A DNA stretch of 64,000 bases. Origin: Octopus sinensis. Lineage: Eukaryota. A program made the translations under genes and the position numbers. The notes under the pieces are model-generated. The model was given only the letters and a program-made list of their open reading frames with translations. It was not told the origin of the DNA and searched no databases. This document shows positions 27,373-40,944 of the stretch, one piece after another (within the stretch, counting starts at the first letter, position 1; each line of letters opens with the position of its first letter). The stretch is taken from the NCBI RefSeq assembly GCF_006345805.1, contig NC_043005.1, positions 99,386,001 to 99,450,000 of the forward strand, written 5' to 3'.

Positions 27373-27593
27373 CCCTTTCATTACCAACCTGGCTGAAACT
27401 GCTTCTGGTTCTGAGTACAAATGTCTTGTTTTCATAAGTTTTGAATTAAAATCTTCCACCAAACCTTAGTCACAATTTATGTCCCTAACACTAACTGAAT
27501 GATAACCAAGTTATTTTACTAAATTCTTTGTTATATTTCGTATTAATTGAAAGAAACTCAGAGAATCTCAAAATAAATACGGTAACAAAAGGG
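27373..27593 (+). mobile_element. TTAA-flanked MITE (piggyBac-like ends)
   Basis: TTAA|CCCTTTCATTACC ... GGTAACAAAAGGG|TTAA; interior shared with the 32593 copy. Confidence 0.85.
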
Positions 27594-27799
27594 TTAAATA
27601 ATGGGCATCATTAACTGATGTTTTATTAGAGAATAGACATAATCCATTGATATTTCAAAAATTTCCCATGGATACTGCTATCCTCAATTGGTACCTGGGG
27701 ATCTACTTTGTCAAATGTGCCTAAGTACCTTATTGATGAAAGAAATCAAGCTGCAAATGGAAGATTTATACAGTGCTGAGGAAGATGGTTTACTGACTT

Positions 27800-28165
27800 T
27801 TCTCCATTCGAGCATGATCGTTGCCAGAGCGGTTATCTGGCCTCCATGCCAGTGGCACGTAAAAGACACCATTTGAGCATAATCGTTACCAGCATCGCCT
27901 TACTGGCACCTGTGCCGGTGGCATGTGTAAAAGATTTGAGCGTGGCCCTTGCCAGTACCACCTGACTGGCCCCGTGCCGGTGGCACATAAAAGCACCCAC
28001 TACACTCTCGGAGTAGTTGGCGTTAGGAAAGGCATCCAACTGTAGAAACTCTGCCAGATCAAGATTGAAGCCTGGTGGAGCCATCTGGTTTGCCAGTCCT
28101 CAGTCAAATCGTCCAACCCATGCTAGCATGGAAAGTGGATGTTAAACGATGATGATAATGATGAT
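27800..28165 (+). mobile_element. Family E retroposon with >=3 tandem units
   Basis: Repeated tgcc(a/g)gtggca...aaaag units, common body, (GAT)n tail. Confidence 0.88.
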
Positions 28166-28554
28166 CATCATCAGAGTTGCATGATGATGAGGATGCTCTG
28201 GATAAAGCAGAAGAAAGTGATGCTTCAAGTATCTTTGGATGGAAAAGATGCACTAATTTTTCTCCATTTGTACATTAGTTTGTCTACAATAGTGCAGGAG
28301 TCTCAAATGAATTTCTGCTCATGTCAGATATGCAAATAAAATAAATATTTTACAGCACTTGGTTTTTGTACTTATTTAATGTAAAAATAAATTTAAAAAT
28401 TAGCCTTAAGAAAAAAAGATATCTTTTGTTTTTTGCCCATTTGCACACATGTTCAGGCGACCTTTTACTGCTATTTAAGGGTAAATGCTGGAGAGGAAGA
28501 TGGAACAAATTAGTTTTAAGGTCAGTGTGTTCGAAGGAAGGGGTAAGTTGATAA

Positions 28555-28712
28555 CATTGACCCCAGTACTCAGCCAGTATTTATTTTACTGACCCTAAAT
28601 AGATGAAAGGCCAAATCGACCCCAGTGGAATTGGAACTCAGGACGTAAAGCCAGATGAAATGCCACTAAGCATTTTGCCCAGTGTGCTAACGATTCTGCC
28701 ATCTCACTGCCT
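28555..28712 (-). mobile_element. SINE family A
   Basis: Reverse complement of the A head and core. Confidence 0.75.
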
Positions 28713-29261
28713 TCAAGAAGGCACAACAAATTAGCAAGACATCTAGTACTGCAGTCTACTGTTGTAGCTCTTATCACTTTGAGCTTCGACTCAGTTTTAA
28801 GCACTTAAACTATGGAGTGTGAGTATGAGTGATACCTATTTTCAATTTATTTCAACTGAACATCAAATGAAATATCTAACTGTTGTTGCTAATAAAGTGG
28901 TAATTGTTCACGCAATTATGAACTAAACGTGGTGTAAATGTAAATAACAAAAAAAAAAAAAAAGAAAAATCTTTCATATTTGAAGATGGAGTTAATTGCC
29001 TGAAAATTTATAATTGCATAAATACTAAATTGCTTGAGTCACAGCCAAAAAAGTCAACAACTATTGTATTATCTTCATTATCAATATTTAAATGTCAATT
29101 TTATTTTAGCCTGGGCCAGCTTCAATGGCTTTTCGGTTGTATTGCCATGTATGGCCATATTGTGACTTGGCTTATTTCTGAGACTTGTTCTCTTACTTCC
29201 TGCTCAGGACATTTCTTCTTCGACCATGGTTACCCTCCTCCTCCACTGTCAGTTATCTTAC

Positions 29262-29676
29262 TTACTCTTTACTCTTTTACTTGTTTCAGTCATTTGACTG
29301 TGGCCATGCTGGAGCACTGCCTTTAGTCGAGCAAATCGACCCCAGGACTTATTCTTTGTAGGCCTAGTACTTGTTCTATCGGTCTCTTTTGCCAAACTGC
29401 TAAGTTACAGGGACGTAAACACACCAGCATCGGTTGTCAAGCAATGTTGGGGGGGACAAACACAGACACAAACATATACACACACACACATACATACATA
29501 TATATATATATATATACACATATATACGATGGGCTTCTTTCAGTTTCTCTCTACCAAATCCATTCACAAGGCTTTGGTCGGCTTGAGGCTATAGTAGAAG
29601 ACACTTGCCCAAAATGGGACTGAACCCGGAACCATGTGGTTGGTAAACAAGCTACTTACCACACAGCCACTCCTAC
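29262..29676 (-). mobile_element. SINE family B, full length
   Basis: Reverse complement of the 21231 copy. Confidence 0.92.
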
Positions 29677-30214
29677 TTGTATACATTTGACAACTTTAAT
29701 GTCCAGCCTGCTTGAGAAACATATCTCAGGTGAGCTAACATTATCTACCTGCCACATAAGGTTCATCTCGTTTCTCCCCAGCCTTACAGGTCTCCGACAT
29801 TCAACTGCAATGCCTTGTTATGTTAATCAGCTTTAGAAAATCTGTCTCAACGACTGACAAATTCTTAGTCATACAGGAGTTGTCTAATTAGTTTACGTAC
29901 TTGATTTCATGGACAGTCTTCTAATTAACTTCTTGTACACATGACATACTAATTTACTATCTGCAAGAAGTTCTACTACATCTCTTACATACCCAACATT
30001 TGCTCTGACTACTTTGTATTTGTACAATGTTTCTATTTTCCCCTAGTCTTCATATCTCATAAACACCACTTCATCAGTGGTGCTGAGATTTTATGCACCT
30101 TCTCATTGATTACAACTTTGATGTTTGCCATGCAAATATTTATAATAATGTTTGTTTCATATACATATATTTGCAACAGGGATGATAGGTGAGGGGAGAT
30201 TATGAGGATTATCA

Positions 30215-30560
30215 AACGGAAATTGTAGTTGTGGTACCTGTCCCGGTAGCACGTAAAAAGCACCATTCGAATGTGGCCAATGCCAGCATCACCTTGACTG
30301 GCTTCTGTGCTGGTGGCACGTAAAAAGCACCAACTGATTGTGGCCATTGCCAGCTTCGCCTGGCACCTGTGCCAGTGGCACATAAAAAGCACCCACTACA
30401 CTCATGGAGTGGTTGGCGTTAGGAAGGGCATCCAGCTGTAGAAACACTGCCAGATCAGACTGGAGCCTGGTGCAGCCTTCCGGCTTACCAGACCCCGGTT
30501 GAACCGTCCAACCCATGCTAGCATGGAAAACGGACGTTAAACAATGATGATGATGGTGGT
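30215..30560 (+). mobile_element. Family E retroposon with 3 tandem units
   Basis: Three (G/A)GCAC(G/A)TAAAAAGCACC repeats, (GAT)n tail. Confidence 0.9.
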
Positions 30561-30843
30561 GGTGGTGGGGAGTAAGGGAGCCATAGAGTTAATTATAAAA
30601 AGAAAGAGGTATGGGAAACAAAGGTGTGGAAATAGTTGAGACATATCAACAAGGGGATTAATTTAATTCTGACTAGAAAGGGCCAGCCCCATCTCATAGC
30701 AATGTTCTCAGTCTATGGGCACATTCATATGGGGCATTCTCATCACTTTTACCCACCTTTCAGCAAATTCACTGGTAGGCAGCAGTTCTCTCTTCACCAT
30801 CAATTTCTTTTCTAAATTCTATAATTTCCTATCTGGATGTGAA

Positions 30844-31155
30844 GGCACATGGCTCAGTGGTTAGAGTGTTGTGCTCACAATCATGAAGTAGTGAGTTCAA
30901 TTCCTGGACTGGGCTGTGTGCTGTGTTCTTGAGCAAGACACTTTATTTCCCTTTGCTCCAGTTCCCTCAGCTGTAGAAATGAGTTGCAACGTCACTGGTG
31001 CCAAGCTGTATCAGACTTTGCCTTTCTCTTGGATAACATTAGTAGCACGGAGAGTGGAGGCCGGTATGCATGGGTGACTGCTGGTCCTCCACAAACAACC
31101 TTGTCCAAACTTGTGCCTCAGAGGCTAGGGTAAAGGGTAAAGACTGAAGGAGGTT
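30844..31155 (+). mobile_element. SINE family D (tRNA-derived)
   Basis: A box TGGCTCAGTGG, B box GAGTTCAATTCC; body shared with 60911 and 62650. Confidence 0.88.
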
Positions 31156-31796
31156 TTCACCTTTTACCCTATCTGGTTGAAGCATCAAGGTGATCAGAAA
31201 TTTTCATCACTGAATATATTATTGATATTATTTATTATGATATGTGTTGGTGTATAAGGTGCACATTTTGTTCTATCCTTAAATGTAACAAAAAATTGCC
31301 ATGAATCTAATGTGACCATATTATGGATGGGATACTGTGTGTAAGATGAAATATATTAAATTTGTTTCTTTTTTTTTCCCCCACAAAATATACTTTTGTG
31401 CTTGTTTGTCTTATGCAAGAGTGCATCCTATATACCTGAAAATATGGTATCTTTCTTTTTAAGAAGATTGGGAGCCACTGATGCAACAATAACAATAATG
31501 TAATTATAACGAAGAAATGGATGATGTTGTAAGAGATGGCACCATAGCAACTAAAAACAACAATGTTGATTAAAATAGAATTTTAATTTTTTTCAGAGAA
31601 AGAGAATGACATTTTGGAAATTTTGTTTTCCATTTCTCAACAGTGACATGTTTGGTTGGTACCTCAACCTTTCAAGGATTTCTTTGTAATTTGTCCCCAC
31701 CTCTTTTTCACTGAACAAGGCCTAACTTAAGTGAAAGAAAGGCATGCATGAAATTCACAGACTTTATAAGTAGAAATGTAGAACAAGTAAATTTAA

Positions 31797-32330
31797 TCCT
31801 TTTGTTACCATATTTATCAACATCAAAATAAATATCAAATGGAAATTGTAGTTGTGATACTTGTGCCATCCAAACGTGGCCGATGCCAGTGCCGCCTTGA
31901 CTGGCTTCTGTGCTGGTGGCACATAAAAAGCACCAACTGATTGTGGCTGCTGCTAGACTCCCCTGGCACCTGTGCTGGTGGCATGTAAAAAGCACCCACT
32001 ACACTCACTGATTGGTTGGCGTTAGGAAGTGCATCCAGCTGTAGAAATATGGCCAGATTAAAGGTGCAGCCTCCTGGCTTCCCAGACCCCGGTAAACCAT
32101 CCAACCTGTGCTAGCACAAAAAAGGGACATTAAACGATGATGATGATGATTTCTAATGAAATATACTGCCTTGGTTTCAACTCCGTCTGAAGAAACAATG
32201 AGGAATTAATAGTAAAACAAATTTGTCCTTATTATGGTGGTGTTTGGAACATAAATTAACATGAATTTTGAAAGAGGAAGTTTGTATCATCGAACCCGAG
32301 GTGGTCTCTGGCATGTTGGTATTAAAAGGG
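31797..32330 (-). mobile_element. Diverged TTAA MITE interrupted by a family E insertion
   Basis: ttaa|tccttttgttaccatattt ... ttctaatgaaatatactgcc ... ggtattaaaaggg; the two halves join across the E copy. Confidence 0.7.
31816..32150 (+). mobile_element. Family E retroposon nested in the MITE
   Basis: From 'atcaacatcaaaataaatatcaaatggaaattgtag' to (GAT)n. Confidence 0.85.
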
Positions 32331-32592
32331 CTCCAGAACATTTTTCATGATATGGCATATGACAGGATTAATTTAATAAAATAGGGAAAAAATCCCCACA
32401 ATATGACAACACATCTTCATGAATCTTTTCAATGCTAGTTTTACACTCAATGAGTCAATGTCCTCCTCATCCTTGTGGCAAATAAATGAAATCATTATTT
32501 TTGTTGTTGTTATCATTGAACAGTGTATGTAATGTGCTTAGAACAGCTATTTCACTCTCAATGACTTGTCGAGCTCCTCTTATAATCATTAA

Positions 32593-32812
32593 CCCTTTCG
32601 TTATAACCCGGCTGATACCGGCTGTGGCTCTGTAGCACAAGTGTCTTAATTTCATAAGTTTTGAATTAAAATCTTCCACTAAACCTTAGCCCCAATTTAT
32701 GATCCCAACACTAGATTAATGATAACTAAGTTATTTTACTAGATTCTTTGTTATATTTAAAATAATTGAAAGAAACACAGAGCATCTCAAAATAAATACG
32801 GTAACGAAAAGG
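32593..32812 (+). mobile_element. TTAA-flanked MITE (second copy)
   Basis: TTAA|CCCTTTCGTTA ... GGTAACGAAAAGG|TTAA. Confidence 0.85.
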
Positions 32813-34496
32813 TTAAAGTTGACAGGTGTGATGCAAAACTTGAAGTTCTTACCAGACTGCCTTACATAACATATGCTACAGGAAAAAACAAGCTTTAGCA
32901 CTAACCTACTGAACAGATTAAACTATATGCATTCTTTAAGGTGAGGAAATGTATTTCTCTTATCTTATTTTGGTTGAATGAAACAATATATCATTCACAT
33001 TTTGATTGGTTTTGACAAAGAAAAGGAAACTACATTATGTTTTTTTCATGAATCTAATGCAAATTCTTAAATTTGCAGAACTGCCCAACCAATAGTCTAA
33101 GTTTAATATACCATCATACAGTTATCGTCCATGGAATATACAGAATAAATTTCTGTTTCAATTTTGTTTACATAAGAAAATTGCCATAGCCTTAAGAAAT
33201 AGTAAATGTTATTATTTTGAAATTATCTTTCATGTAGAGAGAAAATACTATGAGAAAGTGATACATTTTTTTGAGTCAATTTACTAACCAATATTATATT
33301 TTAACAACAACTATTACAAAATAGAAAAACCAGCACAGGGAGTGGGGGGGGGGGGAATAAAAAGAAGCTGAATACATTTTTGAAGTAATTTATTTCTTTT
33401 TTAAAATAAAATGAAATGTATCTCAATTTTCCTTCAAATTCTCACTCTTTCTTTTCAACAATATTTTGTATAGAAAAGTCCTTTTAACATTTAGCAATAG
33501 AGAATATTCTGAGAATATTTAAAACACTAGTCTGTGTCGCATCGATTCAAAATATCTGCTTCTCCCAAGAGCTCTTACACAATTTTCTATGATTGAAACA
33601 ACTTGTCAAAAGGTTTCCATTGAAAATAACCAAAGACATTTTAGGGGTGGGGTAGTATTGAAAAATAAAACTGATGGAACAATAGTTTTAGGATAGCATT
33701 GTCAGTAATAGGTTTTGTTTATTTCCTTTTATTTTATTTTCTACTACATCATATTGACTATGGGATTTTATATCCACCATATTGGTTTTCTTCAATAAAA
33801 CCTAAACTGTCATAAATATAACAATAAATTTAAAAAATACTGCTTCAATGTAGTTTAGATATAAACAATTTGGACAAAAAGAGAAGAGAAACTAATTTTT
33901 GTTAGAATTCATTCAATTTTCAGGGTGTTTTCTTTTTATTATGTTTCTTTAATATTATCATGTTAGATTTATCTACTTCTAAAATTCAACTTGTAATAGT
34001 TTTTTGTTGTTGTTTCCTTATATTTTTCTTTTGTCAATCTCTCAGTTATGTGTATTACATTTTCTCTTCAATTCTCTTTAGTATAGAGTAATTTAGGAGA
34101 TTTAAGAGTCAAGAAAACATTATCAATATCTGACCGTATCAAATGAAATTACTTCAAAATAACACAGGGAACCGTTTACATTGATTAGTATCTAATAACC
34201 AAGAGACATGTTAGTTCCTTTTCCACTAACTTTATTTAAAATTCATTTTATTACATTGATCTCCCTAAAAGTTTTAAATTTGATTTCAAAATTAATTCTT
34301 TCTACAAAATACTTGCTAACCCATCTCCAACCGTAAAACAAAAAACAAATTAAAACCAAAAGTGGTTCTTTCTGTTAATCACTGGACCCATTATAATGCT
34401 AAACTGGATATGTATCACTATTAATTCTGTCTATCATAGGCACAAAGCCTGAAATTTGGGGTGAGGATGTTAGTAGATCACATTGATCCTAGTGCT

Positions 34497-34715
34497 CATC
34501 ATCATCATCATCATCATTTAGCGTCCGTTCTCCATGCTAGCATGGGTTGGACGGTTCAACTGGGGTCTGTGAAGCTGGAAGGCTTCATCAGGCCCAGTCA
34601 GATCTGGCAGTGTTTCTACGGCTGGATGCCCTTTCTAACGCCAACCACTCTGTGAGTGTAGTGGGTGCTTTTTACGTGCCACCGGCACAGGTGCCAGACA
34701 GAGCTGGCAAACGGC
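34497..34715 (-). mobile_element. Family E retroposon
   Basis: (CAT)n followed by the reverse-complement E body. Confidence 0.88.
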
Positions 34716-35343
34716 CTCAACCAGTGCTATTTCGTTAACCCCAAAAGTTATGAAAAGCAAAGTCAGACTCAGTGGTATTTGAACTTGGAAAATAAAGAGC
34801 TGGAAGAAATGTTTCTCAGCATTTTGTCTAGAATGGTAACGATTCTGCTGGCTTGCCACCTTTTCTAGCACTATCAAAATATTATTACTAATTTTATCTG
34901 CTTTTTGTTTTTTCAAACATGAAGCATGAGAATTTTTGTGCTTAAGGTTTTATATTTTGTTGAAAGTGAGTTGAGATAATGTGACGTACACTGAATTATT
35001 AACATAAGAACTGTGAAAAGAGGTAAGATCATATTTATGGTGTTAGTTTCATAGAAACTTACCTTATTCTTGTCACTTTTACCATCATCACTACTTGAAG
35101 TAAGTATGAAGGTACTTTTTACTTCTTTACAAGAGGGAATTGGATGTGATGGTATTCATGCCTAAACTAGAGAGCATGTTAGGAAAAGGAAGTGATTCTT
35201 AACCAGAATCAAAACTGAATTACAGACATAGCTCAGCAGAAGCTCATCTATTTATCTACAGGTAGTGCACTTTATATCAAGATACTGAACCTGGAACCAT
35301 GTAGTTGAGAAGCAAGCTTCTTACAAGAAAGCTACTCCTTTAC

Positions 35344-35344
<1 letters not shown>

Positions 35345-35375
<31 letters not shown>

Positions 35376-35441
35376 TGTATGTATGTATGTATGTATGTAT
35401 GTATGTATGTATGTGTGTGTGTGTGTGGTGTGTGTGTGTGT

Positions 35442-35507
<66 letters not shown>

Positions 35508-35603
35508 ATATATATAATATATGTATGTATGTATGTATGTAGTATATATATATATGTATGTATATATAATATATATATATATGTATATATATACATATAT
35601 ATG

Positions 35604-35635
<32 letters not shown>

Positions 35636-35939
35636 TGTATGTATGTATAATATATATATATGTATGTATGTATATATATATATATGTATGTATGTATGTA
35701 TATATATATATGTATGTATGTATGTATATATATATATGTATGTATGTATGTATATATATGTATGTATGTATGTATGTATATATATATATAGTATGTATGT
35801 ATGTATGTATATATATATGTATGTATGTATGTATGTATATATATATGTATATATGTATGTACGTATATATATGTATATATGTATGTATGTATATATATAT
35901 GTATATATGTATATATGTATGTATATATATGTATATATA
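35345..35939. repeat. (TATG)n/(TG)n/(TA)n microsatellite field
   Basis: Simple repeat run. Confidence 0.95.
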
Positions 35940-36049
35940 TGGAGGTGCAATGGCCCAGTGGTTAGGGCAGCAGACTCGCGGTCATAGGATTGCAGTTTCA
36001 ATTCCCAGGCCGGGCGTTGGGATTGTTTATTGAGTGAAAACACCTAAAA
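35940..36049 (+). mobile_element. SINE family C head (3'-truncated)
   Basis: TGGAGGTGCAATGGCCCAGTGGTTAGGGCAGCAGACTCGCGG. Confidence 0.85.
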
Positions 36050-36126
36050 CGATCTAATTACAAAGAAATAATGTTTTCCGGAGAGAATTCAGTGAGCAGC
36101 AGAACATAGGCAGGTAAGACAGATAA

Positions 36127-36177
<51 letters not shown>

Positions 36178-36365
36178 AATATATATATATATATGTGTAT
36201 ATCCATTTATTGTTAACTGTTGGGAAAACAGCTACTCAATACCAATACCATAGTAGAAGTTAATAGTATATTTAAGTTTAGTCAAGTTAGTTTATTGCTT
36301 CTCCATCCTTCACCTGTAGCTGCACAAGATCTTCAGACAAGTCATGTCTATATATGTTTATATAT

Positions 36366-36669
36366 CACGTGATCACGTGACCGACCAGGCCATCAGATGT
36401 TGTTACACATCGCTGGTCACAATGCGTTCACATTGTTTTAGCCTTCGAATGACGCCACCCCGCTGGCTAAGCGAGCAGGCCAACAGAAGAAAGTGTGGGA
36501 GAAAGAGTGGTGAAAGAGTACAGCGGGGACCACCACCCCCTGCGGGAGCTTCGTGGTGCTTCTAGGTGTTTTCGCTCAATAAACATACACAACGCCCAGT
36601 CTGAGAATCGAAACCGCGATCATGCGACTGTGAGTCCGCTGCCCTAACCACCAGGCCATTGCACCTCCA
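36366..36669 (-). mobile_element. SINE family C, full length
   Basis: Reverse complement of the 6643 copy. Confidence 0.9.
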
Positions 36670-36684
36670 CACACACACACACAC

Positions 36685-36752
<68 letters not shown>

Positions 36753-36825
36753 CAAAAGGCGGTGCTCCAGCATGGCCGCAGTCAAAATGACTGAAACAAG
36801 TAAAAGAGTAAAAGAGTAAAAGAGA

Positions 36826-36880
<55 letters not shown>

Positions 36881-37059
36881 GGTAAACAGTAAAAATAATT
36901 ACAGACATGGACAAGAACATGAAACACCACAGAGACGACACAAGAACCACAGGACGGGACATTCGAAGCCCTCAGTCATCAGTCAAGAACCAGATCATCT
37001 TAGCAATTTCGGCTGATTAATCTTGAGATTGCTCCGATATGGCCAGCCCGCCAAGGGAA

Positions 37060-37123
37060 ACATATATATATATATATCTATATATATATATATATATATT
37101 GTATATATATATGTATATATATG

Positions 37124-37155
<32 letters not shown>

Positions 37156-37159
37156 CATA

Positions 37160-37208
<49 letters not shown>

Positions 37209-37220
37209 ATACATATATTT

Positions 37221-37308
<88 letters not shown>

Positions 37309-37325
37309 ATATATATATATACATA

Positions 37326-37376
<51 letters not shown>

Positions 37377-37512
37377 CATACATATATGTTTATATATATA
37401 TATATACATATATATTTATATATATATACTATATATTTATATATATATACATATACATATTATATATATATATAACATATACATATATATATACATATAT
37501 ATACATATACAT

Positions 37513-37594
<82 letters not shown>

Positions 37595-37595
37595 C

Positions 37596-37625
<30 letters not shown>
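37060..37625. repeat. Long (TA)n tract
   Basis: Simple repeat run. Confidence 0.95.
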
Positions 37626-37626
<1 letters not shown>

Positions 37627-38905
37627 AATAATACTGTAATTGTTCCATTGTTGTTGTTTTTTTGTTTCCCGTTTGGATTAAAATTATATATATATATAGC
37701 CTATAAGTGTGTTTATTCACTTCATGACTCTGAGATAGATTCAATGTAGATATTCTCATCTTTAAAAAAGATACTAAAAATACATCTTCGGTTCGATGGA
37801 ACATTCACAGACTGATGAAGATAATAATAATGATGATGATGATGATGAGAGAGAAGGAGGGAGAGAGAGAGCGATGGAGGACTAGATTTGCTCTACTATC
37901 AAATTGTAAGGTGCAAGATCTGGAAACTACTTCCCAGAATCTAATTAACAACCACGAAGTCATTACGGAAACAAAACTAACCAGAAATATTCAACAAGTT
38001 TCTTTCCCTTGAATCATCACCACAGTCGTTTAACGTCCGTTTCGATGCTGGCATGGGTTAGATGGTTTGACAGGAGCTGGCCAGCCCCTAAATTGTCTGT
38101 TGTGGCATACACCAACCACTTTACAGAAGGGATGGTTTTCATGGCATTTAAAGACCTTCCTTCGTTGGTGACCTTGACATGGTACATGGCTACTTGTTTA
38201 TGTCTGTGTGCATGTTGTGGGGATTAAAAAAAGTGAGTGTATATAGAGGTTCATATACATATATGTAGGAATATCAGTATCAATACCACCATCATTATTA
38301 TCATTTTAACAGCTACTTTTTTACATTCACACGTATACATTAAGCATTTGTAACTCACCTTGATATGCACACACACGTACATGCAGACACATACATACAC
38401 ACATGCATGCATATCCCCACGCAGACACATTTATATATACTTATCAATACTAGTTACACTCGTTGCTGGTTACTTGGTCACAGTACCTCCTAAGGAATTA
38501 TTCAATGTTGGATGTATAATTAATTAATAGTTAAACAGAACTGTTGCTATTGATAACATATATTTATTGCAAATATCTCCCCCACCGAAAAAAACCCAAA
38601 AGTATTTCATTTAATTTTATTTTAATTTAATAAATATTTTTATTTTGAAAATGAATATTCATTTCATTAATATTCATGGAATTTTAAAAATGTAAAACTA
38701 TAATTACTGTATCTGTGTAATATTACCTGATATTACGCACATTGTCAAAAGTGTGTTCCCATCATTACTGTCACATGACAGGTAATACTGAAGATGTGTA
38801 TATGTGTGCATCATGACTTTTCATTCATACATACATACACACACATACATAAACACACACATTTATATCTATCTGCATATATCTATATATATCTATATCT
38901 ATCTA

Positions 38906-38944
<39 letters not shown>

Positions 38945-38951
38945 TTATCTA

Positions 38952-39080
<129 letters not shown>

Positions 39081-39215
39081 TATATATCTGTGTGTGTATG
39101 AACTTGTATATATAAGGATATGTACTCATTTTTTCCTTATTGTTTAATATCACATCTCCATTAAAATCCAAATACAACAAAAGTAGAAAAACATTAAACT
39201 GAAACATACATGTAT

Positions 39216-39263
<48 letters not shown>

Positions 39264-39524
39264 TATATGTGTGGATGATGATAAATACATAGATAACGGA
39301 AGAGGGAGCAGTGGCTAAATAATATAAATAAATATAATAAAGGAGTAATTTTGTATAGGAGAAAATTTTATATTTAATTTCACATCTTTACTGAAAATTA
39401 ATTTCTGCCAGAAATATCTAATTTGGGATTATATACTGTACTGTATTTTAACGTGCGTGTGTTAGTCTATTCATATACATACATACAAGCAGATATGTAT
39501 TATCTTTCTCCCCCTCTCTCTCTG

Positions 39525-39565
<41 letters not shown>

Positions 39566-39799
39566 GCATATATAATTTGTGTATGTTTTTGCATGCACAT
39601 ATTTGGCACACTGTATGTATAAACATATAATCATATAGGCAAGTGTGTTAAAACATTTGTGTAGTCACAGACATACACACACACACACGTGCACATGCAC
39701 ATACACAACATATATATATATATATATACTGTGTATATACACACAAAACGCAAACTATCAAATTTGTTTTTAAGAGAGAAAAGGAGGAAGGGAATAAGA

Positions 39800-39833
<34 letters not shown>

Positions 39834-40242
39834 CAGAATGAGCATGTCTCTGAAAATGTAATATTTCTTCACAAAAATATTTTCAAAATTCTATTTCTCA
39901 AATAAAATTATAGAGAAGAAAATATAAAAGATAGAAATTATTATTTTTAAAATTTTTAAACTAATCTAAATTTTTAAACATAATCTATATACGTGTATGA
40001 ATGTATGTATTGAGACATATACATAAGCATACATACTAACACATGTGACAGTGTGCTTTTATATGTATGCATGTGTGTGTGATATATATATACATACATA
40101 CACATATATGTATGTATATGTGAATACACACGCACATACATACACATATATACATACACACAGAAGCACACACAAGTAAATGCGTACACATATATAAAAT
40201 GTAGAAACTAAATTACTCCTACTATGACTACTTTTTCTGTCA

Positions 40243-40281
<39 letters not shown>

Positions 40282-40298
40282 ATTATTATTATCATTAT

Positions 40299-40665
40299 TA
40301 TTACTTCTGCCTTAGTGAAGGCAGAAGTATTGTTTTCAGTTATGTTTGTTTGTCTGTCCATGGACAAGGTATCTCAAGAACAGCTGGATGGATTCAGATG
40401 AAACTTTCAGGGATGTTTGACCTCATGACTGGCAAAAACTGATTAGATTTTGGGATTGTTCTGGTACCAGACAAAGATTCTGGATTATTTTTCTGTGTTT
40501 TTTACTTAATTTTTGAGAGCAGTCAAATTCATTTTTAGTATTCTTGTTTGTGAGAGCAGTCAAGTTTATTTCAGATATTCTCATTTAAAAATCGTATCTG
40601 GTTAATCGTTGAGAGGACATTGGTGTTGCCTTGGTGGAGGTTTGTGCTCTCTGAATGCTCTTGTT
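40299..40665 (+). mobile_element. Helentron-associated non-autonomous element (HINE/DINE-1-like)
   Basis: 5' subterminal palindrome acttctgcctt-agtg-aaggcagaagt, short (TTGT/CTGT) microsatellite, 3' subTIR ggtggaggt followed by a small hairpin, T-rich flanks. Confidence 0.72.
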
Positions 40666-40705
40666 ATTATTATTATTATTATCATCATCATCATTATTGT
40701 ATCAT

Positions 40706-40900
40706 GGTGGTGAGCTGACAGAATCGTCAGCATGCCTGGAAAAATGCCTTGCACCATTTCGTCCATCTTTATGTTCTGAGTTTGACTTTGCTTTCTTTCA
40801 TCCTCTCGTGGTTGATAAAATGAATACCAGTCAAGCACTGGGGTCGATATAATTGACTAGTCTCCTCCCACAAAATTTCAGCCTATAGTGGAAAGGATAA
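40706..40900 (+). mobile_element. SINE family A (tail type 2)
   Basis: ggtggtgagctgacagaatcg head and A core. Confidence 0.8.
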
Positions 40901-40944
40901 TCATCACCATTATTGTTGTTGTTGCTTTGCTGGCATTTCAAAAG

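Noticed and set aside
27800-28000. CRISPR-like repeat-spacer look of family E arrays
   Set aside because: Spacers resemble each other and recur between dispersed copies; there are no cas genes; the context is a eukaryotic retroposon with a (GAT)n tail.
36900-37070. Possible hammerhead on the minus strand (CTGATGA-ctgagggcttc-GAAT)
   Set aside because: GAAA core is broken (GAAT), there is no credible stem II, and no stem I pairing was found. Probably a repeat fragment, family unassigned.
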